This document shows, in pieces, positions 42,517-53,272 of a stretch of 64,000 bases of DNA. A program made the translations under genes and the position numbers. Source of the stretch: Luminiphilus sp. (GTDB taxonomy: Bacteria > Pseudomonadota > Gammaproteobacteria > Pseudomonadales > Halieaceae); the NCBI GenBank assembly GCA_012270045.1, contig JAAXJC010000153.1:107655-171654 (forward strand), written 5' to 3'. How positions within the stretch are numbered: the stretch's first letter is position 1; every line of letters starts with the position of its first letter. The notes below the pieces were generated by a model. The model was not told the origin of the DNA and searched no databases. It saw nothing but the letters and a program-made list of their open reading frames with translations.

Positions 42517-43908
42517 TCAATACTTATAGCTGTCGGTTTTGAACGGCCCGTCAACTGAGACACCAATGTACTGGGCCTGGTCTTCGGTGAGCCGGGTTAT
42601 CACGCCCCCAAAACCCTGCACCATCAGCGCCGCTACCTGTTCGTCCAGATGCTTTGGCAGCACCTCAACGGTGATATTGGCTGCTTTTTCCTCTGCGGGC
42701 AGGTCGGCGAAGCGCTTGGCGTAGAGGTGAATCTGGGCGAGTACCTGGTTGGCAAAGGAGCCGTCCATGATGCGCGAGGGGTGGCCCGTGGCGTTACCGA
42801 GGTTTACCAGACGCCCTTCCGAAAGCAGCAACAGGTGGTCATTGCTGGCCTGGTCGCGGTAAATCTTGTGCACCTGGGGCTTCACCTCTTCCCACTGCCA
42901 GTGCTCCCGCATGTAAGCGGTGTCAATTTCGTTGTCGAAGTGGCCGATATTGCAGACCACGGCACCGCACTTGAGCGCCTTGAGCATGGCGGCATTACAG
43001 ACGTTGAAGTTGCCGGTCGAGGTCACCAACAGATCTGTAGCGGCCAAAAGCTCGGTATTGATGCAGTCTTCGCTGCCGTCATTGATGCCATCCTTGAATG
43101 TGGATACCACCTCAAAACCGTCCATACAGGCCTGCATGGCACAGATGGGATCGACCTCTGTGACCCGCACGATCATGCCCTCCTGGCGCAGGGACAAGGC
43201 TGAACCTTTACCGACGTCGCCGTAGCCAATCACCAGGGCGCGTTTGCCGGCCAGCAGGTGGTCGAGGCCGCGTTTGATGGCGTCATTGAGGCTGTGCCGG
43301 CAGCCGTACTTGTTGTCGTTCTTGGACTTGGTAACCGAATCGTTGACGTTAATTGCAGGGACTTTCAGTTCGCCGTTGGCGATCATCTCGTACAGACGAT
43401 GCACCCCCGTGGTGGTTTCCTCGGTAATGCCGTGGATATGCGCCAGCATCTCGGGGTATTTTTCGTGCAGCATGCCGGTCAGGTCACCGCCGTCATCGAG
43501 GATCATGTTGGCATCCCAGGGCTTGCCATCCTTGAGAATGGTTTGCTCTATGCACCATTCATATTCCTCCTCGGTTTCCCCTTTCCAGGCAAATACCGGG
43601 ACACCGGACGCAGCTACCGCGGCGGCGGCGTGGTCCTGGGTGGAGAAGATGTTGCACGACGACCAGCGTACCTCGGCACCCAGGGCAACCAGCGTATCGA
43701 TCAGCACCCCGGTCTGGATGGTCATGTGGATGCAGCCCAGAATTTTGGCGCCGGCCAGGGGCTGCTCATCCCGATATTGCTCGCGCAGGGCCATAAGTGC
43801 TGGCATCTCGCTCTCGGCAATATCCAGCTCCCGGCGGCCCCATGCCGCGAGATTGATATCGGCTACCTTGTAGTCAGTGAAGTTACCCAGTTCTACAGCA
43901 GTGTTCAT
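42517..43908 (-). CDS. ahcY: Adenosylhomocysteinase
   Basis: [28 protein letters not shown]..., the NAD motif [10 protein letters not shown], and C-terminal DSYKY. Confidence 0.95.
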   Translation of the reverse strand: MNTAVELGNFTDYKVADINLAAWGRRELDIAESEMPALMALREQYRDEQPLAGAKILGCIHMTIQTGVLIDTLVALGAEVRWSSCNIFSTQDHAAAAVAASGVPVFAWKGETEEEYEWCIEQTILKDGKPWDANMILDDGGDLTGMLHEKYPEMLAHIHGITEETTTGVHRLYEMIANGELKVPAINVNDSVTKSKNDNKYGCRHSLNDAIKRGLDHLLAGKRALVIGYGDVGKGSALSLRQEGMIVRVTEVDPICAMQACMDGFEVVSTFKDGINDGSEDCINTELLAATDLLVTSTGNFNVCNAAMLKALKCGAVVCNIGHFDNEIDTAYMREHWQWEEVKPQVHKIYRDQASNDHLLLLSEGRLVNLGNATGHPSRIMDGSFANQVLAQIHLYAKRFADLPAEEKAANITVEVLPKHLDEQVAALMVQGFGGVITRLTEDQAQYIGVSVDGPFKTDSYKY

Positions 43909-43931
43909 AGCGTGGTCCTTTACAGTTTGTT

Positions 43932-45085
<1,154 letters not shown>

Positions 45086-45089
<4 letters not shown>

Positions 45090-46105
45090 AGCTGAAATTC
45101 CTTGATATTGCTGGTTTTGTTTTTCTGAAAAAGTCGTACCTGGATCTGGAAGCCGTTGCGCTGGGCAATAAATAACTCGGCCTGCCCGCTCAGTCCGGCC
45201 CGGGCTGCCCAATCCGTCAATTCTGCGGGCTCAAAGCCCAGCCACAGGTCACCGCAGGCGGCCCGGGCCCAGTCCTGGTCGTGGCTGCACAACTCGCTGA
45301 TGACCAGGACTCCGCCCGGCTTGGTCAGCGCGGCTATCTCCGCCAGGGTTTGCCCCGGGTGCGGCGTATGGTGCAGTACCATGTTGACTATCACAGCGTC
45401 GAAGGTGGCGCCTTCGGTGTGCAGTGCCCCCGCCTCACCCAGGCGAAAGTCGACGTTGCTGAGGTGCCCGGCACGGTCCCTGGCTTTGTTCAGCATGGCA
45501 GCCGAGTTGTCCAGGGCGGTCACTGAATCGGCCCGGGTAGCGAGGGCGTCCAGCAGGGCGCCGTCGCCGGGGCCAACCTCCAACAGGGAAGCCAGGGGTC
45601 TGTGCCCGTGCCGGTCGATCAGGTGCAGGGTCGCCTGACTGTAATCATCCCAGGATGCGATCAGCTCCTGATGTTCCCGAAATCGCTGGCTGTTGTGTTG
45701 GAAAAAGGCCCGGGAGTTCTGCTCTCGATTCGCCTGAACCCGGGTGAGTCCGGCGCTGAGCTTCTCGGCAAGGGGCTCCAGGTCTATGTGGCGCAGTGCC
45801 TCGCTGATGACGGCAGCACATTTGCCCTCGGGTAGCTGCCGGCGATAAAAAATAACCGTGCCCTCGCGGCGGCGCGTCAGCAGATTGGCTGCGGTCATCA
45901 CTTTGAGGTGATGGCTGAGGGCGCTCTGCCCGATCTGGAACACGTCGCAGAGCTCGGTAACGCTCAGTGAGCCCTCTTTCAAGACCGAGAGAATCTGCAC
46001 CCGCAAATCATCCCCCAGGGCTTTGAACAGGGTCGGCAACGCCACCGGCGCGTCAGGATTGGCTAGCGCCGAAATATTGGATTTGGGCTTCATGGGGAGC
46101 AACAT
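45086..46105 (-). CDS. sahR: SahR-type regulator: ArsR-family HTH fused to a SAM-methyltransferase-like sensor domain
   Basis: ArsR HTH ([37 protein letters not shown]) plus a class I methyltransferase fold ([12 protein letters not shown]). It lies immediately upstream of metK-ahcY-metF. The architecture equals the described SahR regulator of methionine/SAM metabolism. Confidence 0.7.
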
Positions 46106-46120
46106 AACACCCTAGGGGGC

Positions 46121-46144
46121 ATGCATCAAAATATTTTGATGCAT
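46121..46144. promoter_or_regulatory. Perfect 24-bp palindrome, candidate SahR operator
   Basis: ATGCATCAAAAT|ATTTTGATGCAT is self-complementary at 24/24 positions. It lies 15 nt upstream of the sahR start codon, in the sahR/rpiA divergent spacer. Confidence 0.6.
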
Positions 46145-46208
46145 ATTTTTACGGTGGCTGTGTCACTATGTACCCTCATGGCGCAAAGGCCCCGCGAGGA
46201 CTCGTACA

Positions 46209-46883
46209 GTGGACCAGCAGACCCTAAAAGAAGCCGTCGCCGCTGCCGCATTGGAGCGCGTCAAAGCGTTGCCCGGTGATCGGCTGGCCCTGGGTATTGG
46301 CACGGGTAGCACAGCGGAGTGCTTTATTCGTCTGCTGCCCGCATTGCAGGGACGTATCGAAGTTACCGTATCCAGTTCTGAACGTTCGGAGGCCATGCTT
46401 GCGGAGCTGGGCTTGCCCGTCGTGGATCTGAATACCGTGACGGGACTGGACGCTTATATAGATGGGGCCGACGAAACCAATAGCGAACTGCAGCTGATCA
46501 AGGGTGGCGGCGCCGCACTGACCCGGGAAAAAATAGTGGCCGCCGCTTCCGATGTTTTCATTTGTATTGCGGACGTCTCGAAACGGGTCGCTACCCTGGG
46601 CGCGTTTCCACTGCCGGTGGAAGTCATACCCATGGCCCGGAGCCTGGTGACGCGGGAGCTCTCTAAACTGGGGGGCGAGCCCGTTTGGCGTGAGGGGGTG
46701 GTGACGGACAATGGCAACGTCATCCTCGATGTACATGGACTGGTTATTGACCGCCCTGCAGAACTTGAGGATCGCATCAATCAGATCACGGGTGTGGTTT
46801 GCAACGGTCTGTTTGCCTGCCGGCCAGCGGATCTGGTGCTGCTGGGCACCCCCGAGGGTGTGCAGGTGCTGGCCCCGGGCTGA
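46209..46883 (+). CDS. rpiA: Ribose-5-phosphate isomerase A
   Basis: [29 protein letters not shown] motifs. GTG start. Confidence 0.9.
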   Translation: MDQQTLKEAVAAAALERVKALPGDRLALGIGTGSTAECFIRLLPALQGRIEVTVSSSERSEAMLAELGLPVVDLNTVTGLDAYIDGADETNSELQLIKGGGAALTREKIVAAASDVFICIADVSKRVATLGAFPLPVEVIPMARSLVTRELSKLGGEPVWREGVVTDNGNVILDVHGLVIDRPAELEDRINQITGVVCNGLFACRPADLVLLGTPEGVQVLAPG

Positions 46884-46914
46884 AGGGCCAGGGCCAGTCG
46901 CCATGGCAAGCGAC

Positions 46915-48315
46915 TCAAAGCTCGATCAGTTTGCCGGGGTTGAGAATACCGTCGGGATCGAGCAGCTTTTTGATCTCTCGCATCAACCCGATTTCCGTTT
47001 TGCTGCGACTGAAGGTCAGAAATTCCTTTTTCAACAGCCCTACGCCATGCTCCGCGGAGACTGATCCCCCCAGATCGGAGAGTATGCCGAACAGCTCACG
47101 ACTGACCGTCGCGCAACGCTGCTGGAAGGCGTCAACGGACGAGGATTCCGGTTTCAGAATATTCAGGTGCAGGTTGCCGTCCCCGATGTGGCCGTACCAG
47201 ACCACCTCCAGATCGTTGTAGCGGTCCGCGATCAGTGCCTCCACCCGTTCCAGCAGGATGGGGACGTTGGCCACGGTGGTGGCGATGTCATTTTTGTAGG
47301 GAGTCCACTTCGCTATCGTTTCTGAAATGTCCTCCCGCAGCCGCCACAGGCTGCGTCGTTGGGCTTCGCTGTGGCTCAGCACCGCATCTGCCACCCAGCC
47401 TGACGCCATGCAGTTCTCTACCAGGGTCAATATGGGTGCATCGTCCCCCTGGGCCGGGTCCTCAAACTCCACCAGTGCGTAAAAGGGGGCACGGGCCTGT
47501 AGCGGCGGTTGTAGCCCGTGGGCATTGATAACTTTCTCCAGCGCCAAATCCGACAGGAACTCGAAGGCAAGCAGTGACAGCGCTCCCTGGCACTGTTCCA
47601 AAATGGCCATAATGGCCGTCATTGAAGGCGCCCCGAGCACCATCACCCTGGGGTCTCGTGGTGGCGTGGCCAGGGCGAGGGTCGCTTCGACAATGATGCC
47701 CAGCACGCCCTCGGACCCGATCATCAGGTGGCGGAAATCCAGGCCGGTGTTGTTTTTGATCAGCCCCTTGTTGAGTTCCAGCAGTTCACCGGTACCCGTG
47801 ACCACCTTCAAACCGGTGACCCAGTTGCGGGTCATGCCGTAGCGGATGACCTGGATGCCGCCGGCATTGGTGGCGATGTTGCCACCGATCTGGCTGGAAC
47901 CGCTGGAGGCAAAGTCGACCGGGTAGATTAGGCCCTCGGCCCGGGCTGCGGCCTGCACATTGCCGGTGATTGCCCCCGCCTCGCAGCTTAGGCTGCGTCC
48001 CACGGTATCCAGCCCCAGTATCCTGTTCATACGGGCCAGGGACAGCACCACTTCTCCCTGCCCGGCCACCGCCCCGCCACTCAGCCCGGTGCGCCCCCCC
48101 GAGGGCACCAGGGGCACCCGGTGCTGTCTTGCCAGGCGCACAATAGCCTGAACATCCTCGATTGAACCTGGCAGCGCCACGGCAGAGGGTGCAGGCGGGG
48201 TAAATCGAGTCCAGTCCCGTCCGTATTCCTGCAAGGATGACGGGTCGGTTAGGTATCCCGATGGCCCCAGTAATTCCTGAAGCGCTTGCTGCATGGCGGG
48301 TGGCGGCGTGATCAT
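46915..48315 (-). CDS. FAD-binding (PCMH-type) D-2-hydroxyacid/glycolate-oxidase-family dehydrogenase
   Basis: FAD_binding_4-like N-terminal half (VPLVPSGGRTGLSGGAV) and a C-terminal FAD-oxidase domain ending ...LDPDGILNPGKL. Confidence 0.8.
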   Translation of the reverse strand: MITPPPAMQQALQELLGPSGYLTDPSSLQEYGRDWTRFTPPAPSAVALPGSIEDVQAIVRLARQHRVPLVPSGGRTGLSGGAVAGQGEVVLSLARMNRILGLDTVGRSLSCEAGAITGNVQAAARAEGLIYPVDFASSGSSQIGGNIATNAGGIQVIRYGMTRNWVTGLKVVTGTGELLELNKGLIKNNTGLDFRHLMIGSEGVLGIIVEATLALATPPRDPRVMVLGAPSMTAIMAILEQCQGALSLLAFEFLSDLALEKVINAHGLQPPLQARAPFYALVEFEDPAQGDDAPILTLVENCMASGWVADAVLSHSEAQRRSLWRLREDISETIAKWTPYKNDIATTVANVPILLERVEALIADRYNDLEVVWYGHIGDGNLHLNILKPESSSVDAFQQRCATVSRELFGILSDLGGSVSAEHGVGLLKKEFLTFSRSKTEIGLMREIKKLLDPDGILNPGKLIEL

Positions 48316-48632
48316 CGGCTGGGGGAGTCTGTTGCTGACTGGCGCCCATCATGCCCCAGGCCGGTACCAGCGCCTAGCAGCCCGCTAGCGAGGGCGCTCT
48401 TTATTGCACGGCAGAAAGGCGACCGCCGCCAACGGCCCAGGGTTAAGAGTTCAACGTTCAGCCACGACCGATTTAGTGCAACCTGCTTTCTATATAAGCC
48501 GGCTAAATTGGCAAGTGGACCCGGGCGGCAGGGTGGGGTCGCTGCCCTCGGCGGTGTATATTGTCCTCTTTGTACCCGGACCCTCCGCGCGAGGTCCCTG
48601 CCGACATCGGCCATTACCTGGGAGGTTCCCCC

Positions 48633-49229
48633 ATGCCGAAACTGCTCGCCAGCCTGGTGTTGTGCCTGCTGCCCGCCCTGGTCCAAGCCCAGCCCGGTGG
48701 CAGCGGCTTCGAGGGTCTCGCCGCCGAAATGACCGAGGAAGAGCGGGCTGCCGCAGGTATCGATGATTTGTCCCCAGCCCAGCAACAATACCTGGACGCC
48801 TGGTTGCGCGATCGTTTTGGAGCTGAACCGGCAGTGGCTGACCCCGCCACGGTTCAGCCCGGTGCCGCGGTCATGGCTGCCGAGCAGGCTTCTGAAGCGG
48901 ACCTGGCTGCTCGGGAAAACGCCATTGAAGCAGAGGTGGAACGCCGGGTAGCTGAGGAGCTGGCAGCGGTACAGGCGGCCGAAGAGGCTGAGGAAGAGGC
49001 CGTCAATGAACCCTTCGAAGCCACCATAACGGGCGGTTTCTCCGGTTGGAGCGGCAAGACGGTATTTGCCCTGGACAATGGCCAGGTGTGGCGGCAGCGC
49101 ACCGGCAGCAGCCGTTACCGACACACCCGTGGCGGCAATGAAGTCCGCTTCAAGCGCAGCTTCCTCGGGCTCTGGACCATGACCGTGGTGTCAACCGGTC
49201 GCTCGGTGGGGGTCCGCCGCATAGATTAG
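48633..49229 (+). CDS. Hypothetical secreted protein
   Basis: SD GGGAGG 7 nt upstream of ATG 48633. Signal peptide MPKLLASLVLCLLPALVQAQP, an acidic Ala/Glu-rich middle, and a basic ~70-aa C-terminal domain. I recognise no family. Confidence 0.55.
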   Translation: MPKLLASLVLCLLPALVQAQPGGSGFEGLAAEMTEEERAAAGIDDLSPAQQQYLDAWLRDRFGAEPAVADPATVQPGAAVMAAEQASEADLAARENAIEAEVERRVAEELAAVQAAEEAEEEAVNEPFEATITGGFSGWSGKTVFALDNGQVWRQRTGSSRYRHTRGGNEVRFKRSFLGLWTMTVVSTGRSVGVRRID

Positions 49230-49434
49230 CGGCTGCTGGGGGCTCCCGTTTCAGGCGGAAAATTCACGTTCCGAGGCCTTGCAAAGCCGAAGTTCCCGCT
49301 ACCGAACGTAAATAATTCACAAATCCAAAGATAATGGCTCTCACTCGGTGGTCACAATTGATTACTCTCTGCCTTCACTCCGGATTTTTGAGCCGGATGG
49401 AGCGCTCTTAACCAACACATAAATGAGGTTTCCA

Positions 49435-52305
49435 ATGAAGTCACTGCACAAGCGACAGCTTAGCCTTGCCGTCTCCGCGGCCATGGCAACCACGCTGACC
49501 AGCGGTCTGGCATTCGGACAGGACGAGGACATCGATGATATCGATGAGGTAGAAGAAGTCATCGTCACCGGTACCCGTATTGCTACCGAGGACGGCTTTG
49601 GTGCGACCAGCCCCGTAACCGTGGTAACGGCTGAGAACATCAAGAATTTGGGTTTCGTAAACATTGAACAGGTCCTGAACAGCCTGCCTTCAATTGAGAC
49701 CAGCCAGAACGCCAACATCTCCAATGGATCCTCAGGTACGGCTTCTGTTGACCTTCGAGGTTTGGGCACCAACCGAACACTGGTTTTGATCAACGGCCGT
49801 CGTATGCAGGCTGGTGGCGCACAGATCCAGGCACCTGACGTGGGCCAGATTCCTACCATTGCCCTGGAGCGTGTTGACGTGTTGACCGGTGGTGCATCGG
49901 CTACCTATGGTGCTGACGCTGTGGCCGGTGTTGTGAACTTCATTACCCGCCGCGTTGACGGTATCGAGATTCGCGCAGGATGGTCCGGCTATCGCCACGA
50001 CAATGACAACGGCTACATCCAGCCGCTGTTGGATGCACGTAACTTTGATTACCCCTCAGGCACTGAAGGCCCGGATGGCGAGAACTACCAGATCGATTTC
50101 ATCATGGGTAGCGACTTTGCCGACGGTCGCGGTAACGCCACTCTTTACGGTACTTGGCGTGAGCAGAAGGAACTTCGGCAGGAAGCTCGAGACTACTCAG
50201 CGGGTGCTTTGACGGGCTCAGCCACATCTGTGGGTGGTTCCGCGAACGCCATCATCCCCAACTACTTCCTGGCGCCTACTGTAGTGGGCGGTCAAGGTCC
50301 TGCGGGAACCGAGGGTCGTAACTACGACTACAACCAGGAATTCTTTGGCAACATCACCCCCGACGGTGGCCTGGAGCCCTGGGATGGCACCAACCGGTAC
50401 AACTACGCGCCGGTTAACCACTTCCTGCGTCCCATCGAGCAGTGGTCCGTGGGCGCCTTTGCTGACTACAAGCTGAACGATCACTTCACTCCGTACATGG
50501 AGTTCATGTTCGCCAGCAACGAGTCTCGGGCCCAGATCGCGGAATCAGGTACCTTCTTCGTTGAAGCCTACATCCTGGACCTGGATGACTTCCCGGCGCC
50601 GTTCCAGGCGGCTCTGACTGAGCTGTATCCCGACAACACCGGTGAATTCGGTGTCTACGTCGGTAAGCGTAACGTGGAAGGGGGTCCCCGTTCGGACAAC
50701 ACCACCCACGACGCGTTCCGTCTGGTTACCGGTATGAAGGGCGACATCAACGATAGCTGGTCCTATGACGTCAGCTACCTGTACGCCAACACGCGTTCTA
50801 CGTCGACCTACATCAACGACTTTTTCGCGCCCAAGATTGCCCAGCAAATCGACCCGGACACTGCGGTAGGCCCCGTTTATGACGTGTTTACCTACCAGGG
50901 TGTTACGCCTGAGCAGGCTGCTCAGCTGACGGGTGTCGGTATCCTGAACGGCAGCACCTCCACCGAGGTCATCAACGGTTACGTCACCGGTGAGTTGTTC
51001 TCCCTGCCCACCACGTCTGACCCCATCAAGGTGGTGGTCGGTTACGAATGGCGTGGCGAGGACTACGAGCGTATCGCTGACACCGTCTTCGAAGAGGGCC
51101 AGCTCCTTGGCCAGGGCGGACCTACCCCGTCACTGATCGGTAGCTACAACGTTGCTGAATTCTTTGGTGAGGCGAACATCCCGGTACTCGATAGCCTGGT
51201 TCTTGACCTCGCCTATCGCTACTCGGATTACAGCACCGTGGGCGGTCAGGATACCTACCGATTTGGTGTCGACTGGCAGCCGATTGATCTGCTCCGTCTG
51301 CGGGCAGGTTACAACCGCGCTGTGCGTGCGCCGAACGTCGCTGAACTGTTTACGGTCCAGAACCTGGGTCTGTGGGCGGGTGTTGACCCCTGTGGCGGTA
51401 TCATCGCCAACGGCGAATCCCCCGAGTACACCGCGGCCCAGTGTGCCAACACCGGTGTAACGGCGGCCCAGTACGGCAACATCGCACTGAGCCCGGCGGA
51501 CCAGTACAACCAGATCACGGGTGGTAACCCCGACCTCGACGCCGAGGAAGCGGACACCATCACCGTGGGTGTTGTTTTGACGCCCTGGGATAGCCTGTCG
51601 GTTTCGGTTGACTACTGGAGCATCGAGATTGAAAACACCATTACCGGTATCGGCGCGGAGAACATCGTGCGTCAATGTGCTGAGAATGGTCTGTTCTGTG
51701 ATGCCATTACCCGTGCTGGTAACGGTTCACTGTGGCAGGGTGAGACCGGTTTCGTTGTCAACGCCGGCCTGAACGGCGGTGTCAACACCTGGGAAGGTAT
51801 CGACGTAGCCGGTAGCTGGGCTATGGATGCCCTGGGCGGCACCTTCGACGTCCGCATGGTAGGTACTTACATGCTGACCAAAGAGGTGGAGATTCCTGCT
51901 GCTGACACCTATGACTGTGTCGGCCTGCAGAGCAGCCGCTGCTACCCCTCACCCGAGTGGCGTCACACCATCACCGCTTCCTATGACAGCAACAGCTTCT
52001 GGGCAGCCAGCCTGCGCTGGCGTCACTTTGGCGGTGTTGACTATGACGGTGGCCTGACCAATGGCAAGAGTGATGGTATCGACACCATCGCCCAGGCTGA
52101 GAGTGAAGATGGCGAGAACTACCTCGACATCAACGCCACTTTCCGCTTCCTGGGTGATTCTGAAATCCTGATCGGTGTTAACAACGTGCTGGATGAAGAG
52201 CCGCCGCTGGTAGGTGGTTCCCTGTCTTCCAACGCCAACACCATCGCGGGTTTCTACGACACCCTCGGTCAGTACCTGTTTGCCCAGGCCACGTTCCGCT
52301 TCTAA
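49435..52305 (+). CDS. TonB-dependent outer-membrane receptor
   Basis: Signal peptide, TonB-box-like EEVIVTGTRI, plug (DLRGLGTNRTLVLINGRR), a long beta-barrel and terminal ...ATFRF. Start at ATG 49435 (alternative 49423). Confidence 0.9.
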   Translation: MKSLHKRQLSLAVSAAMATTLTSGLAFGQDEDIDDIDEVEEVIVTGTRIATEDGFGATSPVTVVTAENIKNLGFVNIEQVLNSLPSIETSQNANISNGSSGTASVDLRGLGTNRTLVLINGRRMQAGGAQIQAPDVGQIPTIALERVDVLTGGASATYGADAVAGVVNFITRRVDGIEIRAGWSGYRHDNDNGYIQPLLDARNFDYPSGTEGPDGENYQIDFIMGSDFADGRGNATLYGTWREQKELRQEARDYSAGALTGSATSVGGSANAIIPNYFLAPTVVGGQGPAGTEGRNYDYNQEFFGNITPDGGLEPWDGTNRYNYAPVNHFLRPIEQWSVGAFADYKLNDHFTPYMEFMFASNESRAQIAESGTFFVEAYILDLDDFPAPFQAALTELYPDNTGEFGVYVGKRNVEGGPRSDNTTHDAFRLVTGMKGDINDSWSYDVSYLYANTRSTSTYINDFFAPKIAQQIDPDTAVGPVYDVFTYQGVTPEQAAQLTGVGILNGSTSTEVINGYVTGELFSLPTTSDPIKVVVGYEWRGEDYERIADTVFEEGQLLGQGGPTPSLIGSYNVAEFFGEANIPVLDSLVLDLAYRYSDYSTVGGQDTYRFGVDWQPIDLLRLRAGYNRAVRAPNVAELFTVQNLGLWAGVDPCGGIIANGESPEYTAAQCANTGVTAAQYGNIALSPADQYNQITGGNPDLDAEEADTITVGVVLTPWDSLSVSVDYWSIEIENTITGIGAENIVRQCAENGLFCDAITRAGNGSLWQGETGFVVNAGLNGGVNTWEGIDVAGSWAMDALGGTFDVRMVGTYMLTKEVEIPAADTYDCVGLQSSRCYPSPEWRHTITASYDSNSFWAASLRWRHFGGVDYDGGLTNGKSDGIDTIAQAESEDGENYLDINATFRFLGDSEILIGVNNVLDEEPPLVGGSLSSNANTIAGFYDTLGQYLFAQATFRF

Positions 52306-52344
52306 GGGAACATTGCATGGGGCAGCAGTTGCTGCTTGAATCTG

Positions 52345-52371
52345 AAGCGGGCCTCTGGCCCGCTTTTTTTT
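52345..52371 (+). terminator. Rho-independent terminator after the TonB-dependent receptor
   Basis: GCGGGCC (52347-52353), loop tct, GGCCCGC (52357-52363), followed by 8 T (52364-52371). It begins 40 nt after the stop codon. Confidence 0.85.
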
Positions 52372-52387
52372 GCCCGGGAGAACCCAG

Positions 52388-53272
52388 TTGGCCGTTACCC
52401 AATCCGCCTGGAGCCGCTACTGGCAGAGTGGCGCCGGTGAATCCTGTTTTGCCGAGGGCGGTGCGCCCGAGATCAGGCAGTTCTGGCAGAGCTATCTGCA
52501 GGGACTCAGTGCTGGGACCCGGGTGCTGGATGCCGCCTGCGGTGGCGGTGCGTTGACCCGCCAGTTGGTTGAGTACAAGACAGGCTTTGAGGTCACGGGG
52601 GTCGACTACGCCAGTGAGTTACCCGAGGTCAGCGGTGCCTCAATACAGGCCGGGATCAGTCTGGAGTCCCTACCCTTCGAATCGGGTGCTTTTGGTGCGG
52701 TGGTGTCCCAGTTTGGCCTGGAGTACGCGGACCATGAGCGGGCTCTCGGTGAGGTATTGCGGGTATTGGCAGATGATGGTGCCCTGGGCCTGGTCATGCA
52801 CAAGGCGGGCAGCCCGCTGCTGCAGGCCGCCCAGCGTGAGCGAGACAGCATCAGCCCACTACTGGATGACGGCGGCCTGTTGGCCACAGCCCGCAGTCTG
52901 GCTGCCGCGGCTGATCGGAACACCGCCATCGCCCGCTCCAGGGCAACCGATACCGCCTTTAAAACCGCGACTCAGGGTGATGTGACCGCCACCCTGGATT
53001 GGGCGCTGACCTTCTTTGCCGAGATCATGGAAAACTGGCCCCGGCGCGGACAGCGATACCTCGCTGGCAACTGCGCACTGCTGGTCGACGAATTGAGTGC
53101 ATTTAAAGCCCGCATTGACGCCATGCATCAGGCCGCGTTGTCGGCGGAGGCCGTCCACAGGCTGGTGGCTCGGGTCGAGGCCAGCAAACCTCGCTTGTCA
53201 GTGCGGCTATCCCCCTTGGGTGCAGAAGATCAGCCCCTGGCCTGGGCAGTGACGGCGGTGCAACGTGGCTAG
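52388..53272 (+). CDS. Class I SAM-dependent methyltransferase
   Basis: Motif I VLDAACGGGALT, then AVVSQFGLEY and VLRVLADDGAL. There is no in-frame ATG near the 5' end. TTG 52388 has GGGAGAA (52376-52382) upstream; the track start at 52370 lies inside the terminator T-run. Confidence 0.65.
   Translation: MAVTQSAWSRYWQSGAGESCFAEGGAPEIRQFWQSYLQGLSAGTRVLDAACGGGALTRQLVEYKTGFEVTGVDYASELPEVSGASIQAGISLESLPFESGAFGAVVSQFGLEYADHERALGEVLRVLADDGALGLVMHKAGSPLLQAAQRERDSISPLLDDGGLLATARSLAAAADRNTAIARSRATDTAFKTATQGDVTATLDWALTFFAEIMENWPRRGQRYLAGNCALLVDELSAFKARIDAMHQAALSAEAVHRLVARVEASKPRLSVRLSPLGAEDQPLAWAVTAVQRG

Noticed and set aside
43909-43931. Looked for an SAH riboswitch upstream of ahcY, and for SAM riboswitches near metK and metX
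   Set aside because: The metK-ahcY spacer is only 23 nt. The metX start is 3 nt from yggT. The sahR leader contains a DNA palindrome rather than riboswitch-like conserved cores.
46896-46915. Hairpin AGTCGC-N8-GCGACT between rpiA and the FAD dehydrogenase
   Set aside because: It has only a 6-bp stem and no T-run on either strand, and it overlaps the dehydrogenase stop. The evidence for a terminator is weak.
48312-49124. 270-aa minus-strand ORF spanning the 317-nt spacer and the secreted hypothetical gene
   Set aside because: The composition is not protein-like (runs of G/R/L/Q) and there is no SD. The plus-strand ORF has an SD, a signal peptide and a coherent domain layout. I cannot fully exclude it without conservation data.
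49319-49345. Fur-box-like GATAATG upstream of the TonB-dependent receptor
   Set aside because: Only about 7 contiguous positions match the 19-bp Fur consensus, and the second half-site is absent. This is not enough to call iron regulation.
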